Below, one piece after another: positions 12,440 through 24,971 of a DNA stretch of 64,000 nt. This DNA comes from Camelus dromedarius. Taxonomy: Eukaryota. The DNA lies in the NCBI RefSeq assembly GCF_036321535.1, contig NC_087441.1, positions 27,714,001 through 27,778,000 of the forward strand. The letters run 5' to 3'. Under the pieces are notes generated by a model that made no database searches, was not told the DNA's origin, and saw nothing but the letters and a program-made list of their open reading frames with translations. The position numbers and the translations under genes are program-made. Position 1 is the stretch's first letter, and each line of letters opens with the position of its first letter.

Positions 12440-12737
12440 AGACACTAGAGACCCGGAGAGAAGGGGCCCAGAGCACAGGTCGAGTCTGTCCGCAGGAAGG
12501 CAGGACCGTAGGCCTGTGAGGGTCGCAGGAGAGAGTCTAGTCACCGTGAGGCGAGGGCCCGGGCCGGCCCGAGCGGAGGGTGGGACGTCACCTCGGGCCT
12601 CAGGGAGAGCAGGAGGGCGGGGGCGAGCGTCGCTGTCGGGGCGCAGGGTCGGCCTCGGGTGGGCGGAGCAGCACCTCAGCCATCGGCCTTGGCCTTGGCC
12701 ATCTCTGTGAGGGCGAATCTCCGCAGGAAACCGTCTT
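12440..12737. promoter_or_regulatory. CpG-island-like segment (left part)
   Basis: Very GC- and CpG-dense; GC boxes (GGGCGGGG, GGGCGGAG) and a CRE-like GACGTCA. Confidence 0.7.
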
Positions 12738-13235
12738 TGCAGGAAAGAACGGGTCCGACTCCATGTTGGACCTGTCGCTCTTACTCCACCCTTTGTATCC
12801 TGTTGCCTCTGTTGCAAGTTAATCACTAAAGGGAGGTTGCCTGTAGCTTGGCACGCACACAGTGGCCCCTGTCTGAGAACCCTGCCCCCCATGCCTGAGC
12901 CTTAAGCTAAAATACCTTGTTTAGCTCACAGGAAAACATCCTGGCCAGGCCCACCTGTGAGTGGCTGCAGGAAAGAAGAAATTTAACAGATCCCTCCTGG
13001 ACTCCAGCCGGAACCAGGAAAAACTGCAGCAAGCTATGGCCTCTTTCACTTCACTTCCTCACCTCCCCCTCTCCAGGCCGTAAAGGAAACTGGCATCGAA
13101 ATCCGGACAAAACGGTTCTTTAGGGACATTAGTCCACAGTCTTCTCAGTCTGCTGCCTTCCCAGTGAAGTTGCTGCTCCTTGCCCCTACACTTCAGTTCT
13201 CATTTGACTGGCCTGTCGTAGGGCGAGCTGTAACA
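12738..13235 (+). mobile_element. ERV1-class solo LTR
   Basis: TGcaggaaagaacgggtccgactccatgttgga...ttagtccacagtcttctcag...ctccttgcccc...ggcctgtcgtagggcgagctgtaaCA; the U5 end resembles MER57/MER39-type LTRs. No clear TSD. Confidence 0.65.
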
Positions 13236-13699
13236 AGGAGATGAGGTGACACGGTGACATTCGCTCTGAGGGCTGGGGAGACCAGGGCTGCCCTCACAGG
13301 GAGCAGACTCCCACCTCGGCTGCGTGAGCTCACCTCGTGTGCGGTGCCTCTGACCTGGTCTCAGAGGATCAGGCTCCCTCACCCCGCTCTCCCAGAGTGT
13401 TTATTAGAAAGAATGGCACCTTTGTCCCCGAAATGCAATATTAAATAGGTAGCCCGCTAGATAATGCAGGTCAGCGTAGGGAGGTTTTAGTTCATGAGTT
13501 TACTTCTGACTCCAGCAGCAAAGTCCCGGTGGGGGTCTGCGAGGGAAAACTTCACAGAAAGAATCTCTCTGTTTGTAGCTCACACTTGCAATTTGTAGAG
13601 TGAAAAGCTCTCTTCACTGAAATTTCCACTATTTGGTCATTACTAGAGAGTTACAAGTTTCAGACACAGCAATTATAAATCCTCCAAAATGCCCAAGGC

Positions 13700-14000
13700 A
13701 ACTTGCTGCAGAGACAGCAGGGAAACTGCGCTGACAAGGGAGGGGCAGCGACGCCGACCGTGCGACGTCCGCCCTTCCCGCCGCCCCCGCCCGCGCGGGA
13801 CGGACTCCGGGTGACTTCAGCACATTTCTTAGCGGGAAAGCCCGCGCGTCGGGGGCGCCCGCCCAGTCCGAGCCCGAGTGCAGCTGCAGAGATGGGGGGA
13901 GCCCTGCTCTTACTGAAGCCGGCTGCTGATCCAGGGCAGGAACGGAAATGTGCTTCCCCCGCAGCTGCAGGGCCCTCCTGTCGTGGCACTCGCCGTTCCC
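13700..14000. promoter_or_regulatory. CpG-island-like segment (right part), probable promoter
   Basis: Dense CpG, several CCGCCC boxes, an E2F-type GCGGGAAA at 13832-13839, and TATAAAT at both edges. Confidence 0.72.
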
Positions 14001-14195
14001 AGGGCAGGGCCTTGTCCAGTACCATTTATATTCTGGAAAATTCTCTGACTCATAAAACTGGAGAGGTTGGAAAGCGTTTCCTCTCCATTACAGTACTGTA
14101 GAAAAAACAGTAGCTAACCGTGTCATGACCACGTTTCTCAAATTGGCCATGATGAACCCCCAGAAGTGAGCATGACAGATAAGGAACCACCGTGA

Positions 14196-14489
14196 CAGGC
14201 AGACCTTGGCGATATCCTGGGTTGGGTTCCAGATCACTGCAATAAAGCAAATGTCACAACAAAGCGAGTCACACCAACTTTTTGGCTTTCCAAAGTACAT
14301 AAAAGTTATGTTGACACTATTGCTGTAGTCTGTTAAGTGTGTGATAGTCATTATATCTTAAAAAACAATGTCTACACCTTAATTAAAAAATAATGCTTTG
14401 GGGAAGATGGTACCAATAGACGTGCAGGTTTGCCACAAGCCTTCAGTTTGTAAAAAACTTGTGAAGTGCAATAAAATGAAGTCTATCCA
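14196..14489 (-). mobile_element. Internally deleted Tigger1 (TcMar) element
   Basis: Both Tigger1 termini are present (caggcagaccttggcgatatc...ttccagatcactgcaataaagc; gccacaagccttcagtttgtaaaaa...gcaataaaatgaag) with no interior. Confidence 0.8.
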
Positions 14490-17400
14490 TTTAAGGCATG
14501 CAGAGGGAATTTAGAGAATCAAACTGATTTCCTCCAGCTCTATAACCAGTCCAAGAGATAGCTCTCTTTTGCTGTCTGAGCTCTGCATTTGGCAGGGTTG
14601 AGTCTAATCTGTAGCCTGCAGGAAAGCCACTTCCTTAGTTAATGACACCTCCTATGCGCTTTGAGGCCAGCAGAGTGATGTCAACTGTATAGCAAACCTA
14701 CTTTTAAACCAGCTTGTTGGAAAGAAGCCTTTCCCGTTGCTTACATAGGCCTTGAGGAAGGGACTATAGAGCTCAAATGACCGTGTGGCCCTGAAGTCAT
14801 ATTCACAGAAAATTTCTCAGAAGAAACATGAACTGGAGAAGACAAAGATGAAGCGAGAATACATTTTGAAGTGTATTCCCAAATAATAGCTGAAAAAGAA
14901 AATTCGATGCTAATAAAGTTTCTTAGCAGGTGATACAGTATGACTTTTATTCAAAAGCATTTACATCTTCGCATTTTATTCCCAGTGGATTTACAGTGTT
15001 CACTGCATATACTGTGGTTAATAGATTTGTTCAAAATGGAAACCGTATTTCTATCAGCAGTATTGCATCTATAATGTTAGGTTCATTTCTGAACATTATG
15101 TAAACTTCAACAAGGGAATTACTTATCATCAGCTGCTGGCAAAATCTTACATCCAAAGTTGAATTATTCTAATATAACATTTCTTCTTGAATGTTAGCAG
15201 AGGCAGAAACAGTTTGACTTCGTTTCTGATTGCCCTCTCTACTTACACTAGAAATTTATCTTCTAGGAAAAGAAGTGACCTATATCCAAAGTTCGGGCTG
15301 ATACAGTATGATTTTTGAAAGCTAATGTGCCAGATTTTCTTTTCTTACCTTTAAAGAATATATTCTACAAAACAAAGCAACTTCCTTTCCTCACCTCCTC
15401 CTTCCGTTTCAAAAGGAAACAACAAAGAAACAAAGAAATCAACATGACACATTTCCTGCACGCACTAGTGTCTTCATTGGAAGATTAGCAGGAACTGTCA
15501 ATCCCCATTCACTCTTGAGCAGCAAACAATGTATGAGCCTGTGAGCAGGAACTGTGAGCAATGCCCAAGGAGTCATATTATTCTAGAAACGATGTTTTCT
15601 ACCTGTTTTTAAAAGGCTGGACAGGTACACCACCAGACACACCACTCTACATGGTATTGTAAAAAGAGCCCCAGGTAAGCAGCTTCAGGTAGGCAGCTGG
15701 ACCCTACACTGGGAAAGAGGAGGAAAGGGCTGAGGAAGGAAGGAGGGCTGGTAGCTACTGGTCAGCTGTGTTGATCCACACCAAGCTAGCAAACACGGCC
15801 TACGCAATACCTCCTGACTTTGGGGAATTGCCAGGTGCACGTGGATAAAGGGAAAGCTCAGGGACACAGGAAGAAGAAAGGCCAATATTTGCTCTTCGTG
15901 TCTGGCTGTTAAAACAATTTACGCAGATCACACTGAGGGAGGAAGGAGAGGCCAAAGGCAGCGTGAAGGGGAATTGTCTCGAGACGTGGAAGGAGTTTTC
16001 ACATCCTGTTAAACTTGAGGCTGGTATTATTTTTTGCAGTAAAGCTGTGGAAAATACTGAAAGATTTGGGCAGGCAGTTTGAAAACAAAAATTGTGCTCC
16101 TTGTAAGTGTATGCCTGCCTCCCAGCCAGTCAGCATCTGCAGAGGAGAAACAGCCCAGCTGAGGATCATTTCCTCTTGCTCCGATGCCCATTTGCAAGAT
16201 GGACTCTTAAAGGTCACCAGATGGCTTGCCAGCACATTTTTGTACCAGGAGTCCAGCTTTCTGTTTTGACATTAGTCAGATACGCATGTGGCACCTGAGG
16301 AATAAGGTGGAGACGGGGAAGAATCAGATTTTCTTTTGGCTCAGTTGCTGTTAACTTGGAAACTCTTATATGTCTGAGAGCCTTATTTGGCTTAGACACC
16401 CACAACTGGGCAAAAAATTACTTTGTAATATTTTTATATCACAGTTTAAAAATTTCATCCTTCATCTTTTTTCCACTCTTTTAAACTTTTCTCTTTTCTT
16501 CTTTCCCTTTCCTTCTTCCTTTCTCAAACTTTTTCTAAAACTTAATCGTGTATGTAGGTACCATGTAGTTGCTGGGGATGTACACAGAGAGATAAAACCA
16601 TCTTGGCATCAATAGGGTTTACAGTCTAGTGAAAGACTTGAAAACAATTAGTAGCAATACAGCCTTACAAATGCCATAAGGAACTCGTGTACAAGGTGCC
16701 ACATGTCCTAGACAATGATCTGCAAGACATTAGAAGCCCACACTAATTGGTTCTATAGTACAATTAATTGTAGTCTCTCTCTCTGTTTATCTCTGTATTT
16801 GTCTAATTTATCTACCCATCTGATCAATGTGGTTGTTGAAGCTTTTTATTTTCAACTTTTCTTTCTTTTTAAAGAGTTTCACTTGTTCTTAGAAGACTGC
16901 CTTGAATGATTTACTTCAGCCAAGACTTATTAAATGGTTAATATGTACCAGCCAGGAATAGTGTTAGGATTTCAGGGTTGCAAAGATGACCTGAAAAGGC
17001 TCCTGACTTAAAACAGTTCATGGTCTTATGGATGAGACAGATTTTCAAAGCAATACTATATAATTCAGATACGTAAGTTCTAGAAGTTATGGATGAAGTA
17101 CTATGAGAACACAGAGCAAGAAAAGGTTCCTTTTCTCTGATGGACTTCCTGAGAGATGAGTGGGTCAGGCAAAGTACAAAGAGGGGTGACATTGGAGCTA
17201 ATGCTTGAAAGTGATTGCATTCACCAGACTGGTAGCACCGTGTTTATTGCAGATTGTACCAAAGTTTAGGTATGACACAGTGATTTTTCTTTCACAACTG
17301 AGGAATGCAAATAACTTGAAATTAATTATTGCTCATCCTTGTTCTTAAGTCTTCTGGTTGCCTTTATACTCTGCTCATGTTACTCAGAACCATCCACTTT

Positions 17401-17983
17401 CTAAGTCCTCTCCTACCTCACTCTACTCTGCCATTTTTCTGGCCCAACACCTTAGAGTGTCTTTCAAGTTAACTCTCCATGATCCGCTCACCTCTGAGCC
17501 TGAGGACACATTTACATGTAACACTCAGCTCAGAACTACCTACCCACACCATCACACAGCAGCTTTAAAATGTCAGCCTCCCCATCTCCAACAGCTTCTA
17601 TAAGTGGAAGGGAAGAGAATAGAGATTTTTTTCTTTTACTATTAATTATCCAAACACATACTCAACCCCCTAGAAAGTAGAAATCACCCCAGTTTTGTTT
17701 TTAATCATTTGATCTCATGCTTTTCTAGTTATTTTATACTTTGTTCTTGGTCATTTGTAACTCATTATATCACATATCACATTACATCACATCCCTACAA
17801 TTTATCATTATGTCATTATAACACATCCCTACCATAAGACATCAACACAATGACTGCATACCCTGCCTGATCATCACATGCTGATCAGATACTATTCTAC
17901 ACCAAGCTCCCAGTTTTCTTAAACAGAAAAATTGGAAAGAGCAATGGAGTCTTTTGGATTAATGTTTTGTAGACTATCAAGAC

Positions 17984-18122
17984 NNNNNNNNNNNNNNNNN
18001 NNNNNNNNNNNNNNNNNNNNNNNNNNNNNNNNNNNNNNNNNNNNNNNNNNNNNNNNNNNNNNNNNNNNNNNNNNNNNNNNNNNNNNNNNNNNNNNNNNNN
18101 NNNNNNNNNNNNNNNNNNNNNN
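17984..18122. other. Assembly gap (139 N)
   Basis: Run of N. Confidence 0.99.
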
Positions 18123-18257
18123 TAATGCCATTTGTAGCAACATGGATGGACCTGGAGATCATCATTCTAAGTGAAGTGTGCTAGAAAGAGAAAGTAAAAT
18201 GCCATATGATAACACTTGTATGTGGAATCTTAAAAAAAAAAGAACACAAATGAACTA
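18123..18257 (+). mobile_element. L1 ORF2 C-terminal fragment abutting the gap
   Basis: atgccatttgtagcaacatggatggacctggagatcatcattctaagtgaag encodes MPFVATWMDLEIIILSE. Confidence 0.88.
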
Positions 18258-20825
18258 CTTATTGTTTATAACTTAGATGACTAATTTCTTGAATATCTGC
18301 AAGCACATTTTACTGCCCTTTATGATTGGATTACTGCATCCTGTTGATTCTTATTTTGCAGTTGGCTTTATTCCTTTGATAACTATGTAAGTTTAAAAAG
18401 CTAAGGCTCTAAACTGTTCTTAGAAACAATGAACAGTATATATACGTGAACTAAAAAAAAGTACAATATATTGTGTATATGTATTTACATGCAATGTATT
18501 GTACATGTGCAGTCAAATTGTAACAATTCTAACTAATAAAACTGAAAAATGAAAAAAAAAGAAAAAGAAAAAGGAAAAGAAAAAAAAGACCAGTCTTGGT
18601 TGTCAGAATCAGTGACAATACGGTAAGTTAATTAACAGGAGGGAACACAAGTGGTTTAATTGTACTGAGGTCTAACTTTGATAGTTTACTGTTGATCAAG
18701 TGAATTACAACAACAAATTCTGCTTTGCTTTTGTCTTGGAGGGAGGCTGAGCTGAAGAATCCCAGTTGTTTTTAAGTTCTGAGAAGAAGCAGGCCAAGGA
18801 CATTTTTAGGGCGTCTGCATTTTCTGAACTTTTCCTAAATTTTCTCTTTGAAGGTGGAGAAAATACTGCTTTCTGAGAAAAGGTATGTTCTTGGAACAAA
18901 TGCAGAAATCTAAAAATAGTGGGAATTGAACATAAGAATGCCTGGAGGGAAGCAAGCCAAACTGTAGATTTGGGTAACTATATTTGACTTAAAACATCCC
19001 CCACTCCCAAAAAAATGGAAGAAAACAAAATTCAATAAGTTATGTTAAAATTCCAATTGATGTTATTTGAAAAGCAGCTGTCTTTTATGGTGTGAGATTT
19101 ACTTCCCTTAAAATAACTCATTTCATTTCATTTATTTTTCTGAGAACTCTATATCAATTCAATTGGCATAGGATTCTAGCCATTATTGGTTGGGTAACTA
19201 AATTTAGTTCTGTACAAGTAATCATAAAATAAAAATCAGAACTTTCCACCTCAAAGTATAGACTAACTTTCTCCACAATTTTTGAGAATGCCAGGTTTCT
19301 TTTCAGTTTATAAATGTCATTCTTTTCATAAATAACTTAAAGCTTCAAATGAAGAAGTGAGACTTGCAAACTGAAAATTGCTAATGATTTATATGACTCC
19401 AGTGCAACACCCCTTTGGAATTTACTATGTGGGTATTAAAGAGAGAATAAGAACCTTTTTATGTATCTGCTGGGAATCAACATCTGTGAAGCTATTCTAT
19501 TGATGAACCCAGAGAGATCTTTTGTTTTTAAATCTTTGACCCATATTCTTTAATTTTGTACGTGACACTGTGACAACTCTAGCTCCAAATTTATCTTCAG
19601 GCTAATCCAGTGAATGCCATTTATTTTTGTACAGGAGCAATAACATTGGCAGTTGCCCTAAATTTCTTTGCTATGGAAACAAATATGTTCTGAGGGTCCA
19701 AGGAAATGAAGCTTGAAAGTTGTTCCAAGAGGTCAAAATGTTCTTTTACTGATGGACCTTTTATCCATGTCATTGACTGAGGTCATTCAGTAAAGTCACC
19801 ATTCATAGTCTTAATCCTTCCCCACCCAACGCCTGCCCAGTAATTTGAGCCACCTTATTTTTACAACATGCAACATAAAACAGTTAAATTTTGGATAAGA
19901 CATCAAAATTGGTGCTAAATATAATACTAGATAAGACTGTTACACTGGTGAAGAGCCAGGTGAGAAACTCTTGGTACATCAGGGGTTGATAACATACTAA
20001 GAGACCCGGGCTTCCGAGAGTAAAAAGTCCACTTGTAAAGCATCCGACAAAGTAGCTCTGGGGGTTATGAGTATTGAAAGGCTTCATATAGGGAATAAAT
20101 GCCTTTGGGCAATCTCTAAGCAATATGGATATATATATTGTCAAAAGCCTAATTTATTTTCTTGAGCCATCTCAGTTTCAACGGTGGAAACATTTCCTCT
20201 ATATATTGGGAGTACATTTGCTCCTAGAGCACACCATATTCCCCAAGTATTGAAAGACACCCTCTCTTGTGGTCGTAAATCAAGTTCAGTGACTATTATT
20301 TAAAGAGAGAAAAATTATCTAATTCTCATTACATTCCTGTGCAAGAGACAGATAATATACACTGACGCCCTATCTTAACGAAAAGATTTATGTTACCATT
20401 AATTCACTGAATACACATTAATTGAGGACTTAGCAGGCGTCAGAGAGATTCCAGATGTTGGAGATACGCATATACAACTGCTGTTTTGAGGAGAGCTAAA
20501 CATCTTGCAGAGTCTAGTGCAGAGATTATAAACTGGAGACCCAGGCTTAGATGTAGCCAGCAGGAATGCTTGTTTTGATCTGCATAGAATTTTTAAAAAA
20601 TATACTGATATAGTTGAAATAGATACTTTTCTCTCCAAATCTGGTTGTTTAGGCTTTTATTGAAAACCTAACACTAGGCTGCTGCCTAGGTGAGACATGC
20701 ACTCTTTAGCCCCTACCGCTTCCTGGCAAATCTACCAGCCCACTTCATTAATATGTGTGTAGCAGTAATGCAAAGGAGTGACTGTGAGGATCTGTAACAC
20801 TTGATTCAATGGATGTAAGAGGTTA

Positions 20826-21397
20826 TGGGGTAGAGTAAGCAGAATTTCAGGATGCCCTCCATGATCCTTACCCCTTGGTATTGTTCCTGTGATTCTGCTA
20901 CGTTCTATGACAAATGGGAGATTATCCAAATAGTTCCAGTCAAATCACACAAACCCTTGAAAAACAGTGAGTTTTCTCTGCTTGGGGGCAGAGGAGAAAG
21001 CCAGAAAGATATGAAGAGTGAGAAGCATTCAACTTACCCAGGAGGACTGGCCAATGCTGGTTGAAGATGGGCGGGCAGGACTGAGGACTGCCTCCCGAAG
21101 CTGGACGTGACTCCCAGCTACCAACCAGCAAGAGGAGGATGACCTCTGTCCTGCAGTTGTAAGAAACTGAGTTCAGCAAACAACCTGAATGAGCTTGGAC
21201 GTTGATTCATCACCCAGAATCTCCAGGAAGAGCCATTCCAGCAAATACCTTGATTTCAGCCTTGTGAGACCCTGAGCAGAGAACTCAGGTGAGCTCACTG
21301 GGAATTCTGACCTACAGATCAGTGAGATAACAGATGAGTGTTGTTATAAGCCACCAGTTTGTGTTAAAGTATTACAACAATCAGAAAAACCAATCCA
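20826..21397 (+). mobile_element. MLT1 (ERVL-MaLR, MLT1D-like) solo LTR
   Basis: ttcagcaaacaacctgaatgagcttgga...ccttgatttcagccttgtgagaccctgagcagagaac...ttctgacctacaga hallmarks. Confidence 0.85.
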
Positions 21398-22859
21398 AGT
21401 GAGGAAGCAACGGAAGTCAGCTTGGGCAACTAGAAATACACAAGTCTCTTTAAGTAAGATAGTGAACGTAGGAGGTGGAATCAGATGGAAAACAAATATG
21501 GTTGAATTTAGTCTTGGAATCACATCCATGAGTGGGCCATGCAGTTTTTTTTTTTTAACTCATTTTTTTTATTCATTCAGAAATATTTATGGAGCATATA
21601 CTGCATAGTAGGCATGGGGCTTGGTTTTGAAGATACTAATAAAATCGACCTACATCCAATTTCTGGCATGTAGTAAGCACTTAATAATATATTGAATTGA
21701 CTTGAACTGTATTAAATGCCTTTGAGAAGCCTGGGTCTGGTGCTTTAAAATTCCTAAGTTATACAGTGAATAAACGCCTATATCTTCACAGCTCCTGCCC
21801 CGACTCCCACCAAGCAGCTTTCATCACTTCCTTATTCTCCTTGTTGTATATGTTTTACATCCATGTATTTATCTTGTTTACTCCAGAACACAGAAATATT
21901 GTAGTTTAATTATTTACTCTCAATTTAGGCATTATATTGTGTGTATGTTTGAAAATTGCCAATAGCATTCTGACCATTTGCCACCAAATCAATGAGCTGG
22001 ACACACTGGATTCTCTTGTCTGCAGGTTGTTCCTGTGCCTGAAATCCACAGCAGAGAGCAGGTCATGAGTTCTGCCCTCCAACTTGCCATCATGCTGCAT
22101 CGACAAGGATGCATCACGCTGGTCGAGAGAGGATCCTCGTGTCATGCTAAAGTCTGTTTTGTTTTGCACAACTTCACCGCAACAATCTTCAACAACTTTA
22201 AAGTTGCAGTGTTCTTTGCAAGAATTTCCTTGGGATTCTATTTCAAATTTACTACAAATTTAGTCTTGTTATGTTGAAAGATTCCAGATCTCTTGAGCTT
22301 TGCTTGACTCATGACTTTCTCTAAGCATCATTTGTGGAAAAACCAATAACCAGTGTCCAATTAAAATTCTGGAAAAAAAGTATCATCATTTGCTCCTGCC
22401 TTCATGATCTTCTTGTCTTAAATCATTTGTTACCAATATTTTCATCAGATGATTTTGACACAAATGGAATTGTTTAAGAGGATAAAAGAAAAATTTTAGT
22501 TTCTAAAATTTGACTTAATCCAATTGGAGAAAGGAATAGAAAGAGAAAAGAGATTTTTCAATATATGCACAAACAATCTCATTGTAAAATATAATTATAA
22601 TTAGCCTTAAAAGTACTGAGAATTAGCAATGTTTTAAAAATTAATATAGAATGTTTATAAGTAATAATAAAAAGGTATAAAAATTTTATAAATTGACTTC
22701 TTATAATGAATAATATTGAAAAGAATGTATAGAGATAGAAATATATATAGAGATATCATAAAGCCATTTACAAACAAAGATTTATTGAAAGAAAAAGTAA
22801 GACTCTCAACATATTCACAACTGCCTTCTCCCCATTTACCTCTTCAGGAAAGCCTCTTC

Positions 22860-23110
22860 AATTAACTCTGCAAGAATATTAACTGCCCCCAACCTCATGG
22901 CATATATCCTGGACTCCATCATATTATTTCATTTTACTTTCTTCACAAATTACCAATAGCGGGCAAGGTCACATTTATGATTCCGCTGTAGTGTTTCTTG
23001 TCTGTGTTCTCCAATTCCCAAATAGAATATGAACTCCTCGAAGAAGTTCTTCCTTTCTCACATCTGTTATCACCAATGTCTAATACCTAGGAGGTGCCAA
23101 TAATTATTTG
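22860..23110 (+). mobile_element. L2 3' end fragment
   Basis: tagaatatgaactcctcgaag...tgttatcaccaatgtctaatacctaggaggtgccaataattatttg resembles the L2 terminus. Confidence 0.6.
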
Positions 23111-24971
23111 TGCACAGATTAACTTGCCTTTCAAATGTGGTAAGTAGTGTTACCATAAACATATAACAAAGGTGCACAGATTGGAAGTAAATACAAGCAC
23201 TAAGATATAGTTCTTCAATTTTTTGTTTTGGTGTAGTAGAAAAAGCAGTAGACTTAGGAAATATATAACTGGTCCATCCATCTATTCATCCATCCATCTA
23301 TCCATCCAAGAAAACATGTATTGAGAACCAGTCATGTGCAGACACTCTTCCTTTTCTTTCATTTACTCATTTAATTTACGATCTGCCTAAATATATTTTC
23401 TTTTCTGTGAAATAACAACAGTGGTCCCCAACTACTTCTCCCATGAGGTCTGTGTGAAAGCACTTTGAAAACTGCTGAGTTATCCTACAATAGTAAGATA
23501 TTGTTGTTATGATTAATAGATTAGAAATGGACATATTCACATGAATGAGGACCAGAAAAGTAGGAATATTCATGGACGTATTCATATCTTCCTTTAGTTC
23601 TCATAGGTGCTCAGGCAAATGGAGAGTAAGACAGATTTTTATGCAATTTTTGCATGAAAGACCAAATCATATACTATGTATATGTATATGCATATGATAA
23701 CAACACATCTATTCATTCATTTTAAAATTCATTTATTTTACAATCATTTCTTGTGCCAGTAGTACATGCAAAGCACTATTCTAGGAAATGACCTGTTCAG
23801 AGAAGGCAACTTGAGGATAAATCTGTGTTACTCCAAATCTTTAAAAGATCAATTGATCAAGTGATTTTGAATATTTTTATATTCCTAATCACTTAAACAA
23901 AGCCTGGATCATTGTCTTGTTTTTACTTTTGGTATCATGTCATGCTGACTATAGGTAACGTTTCTGGAGCACTCCATCTGTGCCAGTAACAAATAGTGCT
24001 CTACTTGCACGATATCATTTAATACTTTCAACAAATCTAAAACATAGATATTCTCATTTCACATATTGGCAACAATGCCTCTGAGGCCACATTCTTAGCC
24101 ACTATTTCGTACTGCCTCAGCTTTGTTCTCTGATTGCCTAGAGACCCCCATTTTGTATAAAGATGAGTGGCTCAGGAATGTGACATGTCAGTGGTAATTG
24201 CTCCCCCATTTGAGCCCAGGTCCTAACTTGTGTGTGTAGATCACAGAAATACACTGGAGCCAGAATTCTGTAAACATAGGCAACTTTCCACATTGCCTTT
24301 CCCATATACCACATTTTGGCAACATAAAAATGGATCTATTATATGTGGAAAATATAATTATACCTCCAAAAAGCTGAGGAATGTTTCAAAGCTTATCGAG
24401 CCAAAGCCTGCAGCAAAGGCTTCTTTGACATCACACCGCTGAGGATGTCCCAGCTTGTCTGCCTCCGCTGTGCTCGCCAAGGGTGATATTGATCACGGCC
24501 CCCCATGCTGGGGAAGCATGCTGGATTCCAGACAGTAATGGATCTTCCTCGTCACGTACTCCTCAAGTGCAGACACGACAGCCATTTAAAAAATAGTAAG
24601 AGGGTCTGAACTCTAAGAAGAGAACGCTTACAAGAAGGAAATTCTCCTTAGCACAATATGATCAAAATCAGATGTGATGTTTTTCATTTGCATAAGTAGA
24701 ATTTTCATTGAAATTCTTGACAGAGAGATTAGAACAGGTAACAGTTACACCGAAGTTTGGCTTTGCTGGAACTGAGATAAGCCAAGAGGATGTTAACCAT
24801 CAATTGCTTCATTCTAAGCCCTGCACCAGAGGTTCTGCAAACTGCTGGACCATGTCTGCAGTTGCCACAAGTCCAAGACTGAAACAGTTCCAGAATTCAT
24901 TTAATCTAATAATCTGCTGAAATCTGCTCATGTGATTGACAAAAAAGTTCAAAATTAGCCCTTGTTTCTTT

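Noticed and set aside
12293-12892. 199-aa ORF and overlapping ORFs at the CpG island
   Set aside because: GC-rich stop-codon depletion explains them, and the ORF runs into the LTR.
14650-14815. SH3-like words YDFRATRSFEL…GKGFFP on the minus strand
   Set aside because: The central WW-containing part of an SH3 domain is missing and there is a stop just upstream; likely coincidence.
16212-16228. CTCF-like GTCACCAGATGGCTT, and a similar motif at 20256-20275
   Set aside because: Several core mismatches or wrong spacing.
17919-18174. ORFs spanning the N runs (also 32814-33251)
   Set aside because: Artefacts of translating through assembly gaps.
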